A stretch of 16,951 nucleotides of DNA from Candidatus Jordarchaeales archaeon. GTDB taxonomy: Archaea > Asgardarchaeota > Jordiarchaeia > Jordiarchaeales > Freyrarchaeaceae. The notes beneath the pieces were generated by a model. The model searched no databases. It was not told where the DNA came from and worked only from the letters and a program-made list of their open reading frames with translations. The position numbers and the translations under genes were made by a program. Shown piece after piece: positions 16,527 to 16,951 of the stretch; position 1 is the first letter of the stretch; every line of letters starts with the position of its first letter. Location: NCBI GenBank assembly GCA_038858525.1, contig JAWCFL010000035.1, forward strand, positions 1 through 16,951. Direction: 5' to 3'.

Positions 16527-16645
16527 ACGTTGTTCCAAAGCAGGACTCACCGTTGTCGGATAGTTAACTTTTTATCACTATCCGTTCCACCTCGGCTAAA
16601 GCCTCATGGGTGGCTTTCGCCGCCAACGGTAAAGGACGGCACATC
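16527..16645 (-). ncRNA. Predicted TnpB omegaRNA (right-end RNA): scaffold about 16645-16547, guide about 16546-16527
   Basis: Nested inverted repeats: ACCGTTG 16549-16555 / CAACGGT 16624-16630; CGGATAGT 16557-16564 / ACTATCCG 16577-16584; CCACC 16587-16591 / GGTGG 16609-16613; GGCT 16594-16597 / AGCC 16600-16603. Overlaps the tnpB 3' end, as expected for omegaRNAs. Boundaries are approximate. Confidence 0.65.
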
Positions 16646-16951
16646 AAGAGCCTCATGGCGATGTTCCAAGCGGCGACAAAGTGTCTGTCCGCTTGAAAGC
16701 CGCACCACTTACACTTGAAGACATGCCCATTCGGCTTACTAATTTCGCCACACATCGGGCACGTCCTGGAAGTGTTCTTAGCGTCAACTATTTCAGGATT
16801 AAAGCCCAGCTCCATCGACTTATAAGAAATGTAAAGCTGGATTCTCCTGAATGGCATGCTGTGGAGCCTCCTATTCATCACCCTACCATACCGTATCCTC
16901 TCCCTTATGTGGGTGAGCTCCTCCATTACAGGCTTAACGTTTTCCTCGGCA
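16547..16951 (-). mobile_element. Right end of an IS200/IS605-derived element (or a domesticated remnant)
   Basis: tnpB 3' half plus structured right end. Left end and tnpA are not in the window, so mobility cannot be assessed. Confidence 0.6.
16564..16951 (-). CDS. tnpB: IS200/IS605-family TnpB, C-terminal part (runs off the window)
   Basis: Frame is open to the window edge (AEENVKPVMEELTHIR, RuvC-II). Contains LHSMPFRRIQLYISYKS, NTSRTCPMC..FKCKWC zinc ribbon and ADRHFVAAWNI (RuvC-III region). Confidence 0.93.
   Translation of the reverse strand, partial: AEENVKPVMEELTHIRERIRYGRVMNRRLHSMPFRRIQLYISYKSMELGFNPEIVDAKNTSRTCPMCGEISKPNGHVFKCKWCGFQADRHFVAAWNIAMRLLMCRPLPLAAKATHEALAEVERIVIKS

Noticed and set aside
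248-16718. Numerous antisense or overlapping ORFs in the track (e.g. 248-631, 991-1362, 3878-4339, 9006-9335, 10847-11230, 13229-13714, 16530-16718)
   Set aside because: Shadow frames of well-supported genes, with no family motifs or translation signals.
1-16951. CRISPR array, cas genes, tRNA or rRNA
   Set aside because: No regularly spaced direct repeats, cloverleaf or rRNA-like sequence seen by eye, despite the CARF gene.

Overview
Archaeal genomic window, judged from FBP aldolase/phosphatase, BRE/TATA promoters, GGTG/GGAGG Shine-Dalgarno sites and U-tract terminators. Lineage cannot be proven from sequence alone; several features hint at an Asgard-like organism. In order: the 3' end of an upstream CDS followed by a eukaryote/Asgard-type SECIS-like hairpin; comA-comB (phosphosulfolactate steps of coenzyme M biosynthesis); a convergent regulator with wHTH N-terminal to a Csa3-like CARF domain (the reverse of Csa3) and no CRISPR in the window; a membrane-anchored left-handed beta-helix acyltransferase-like protein; carA-carB-glcD-like operon, with the CPS motifs resembling eukaryotic CAD; fbp; a PrsW-family protease; an ABC-2 system (ATPase-permease-ATPase) whose first ATPase has two tandem TrmB-effector-like domains; and the 3' half of an IS200/IS605 tnpB whose RuvC-III Asp is replaced by His, with a foldable omegaRNA. 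Family assignments come from recalled motifs, not database searches.
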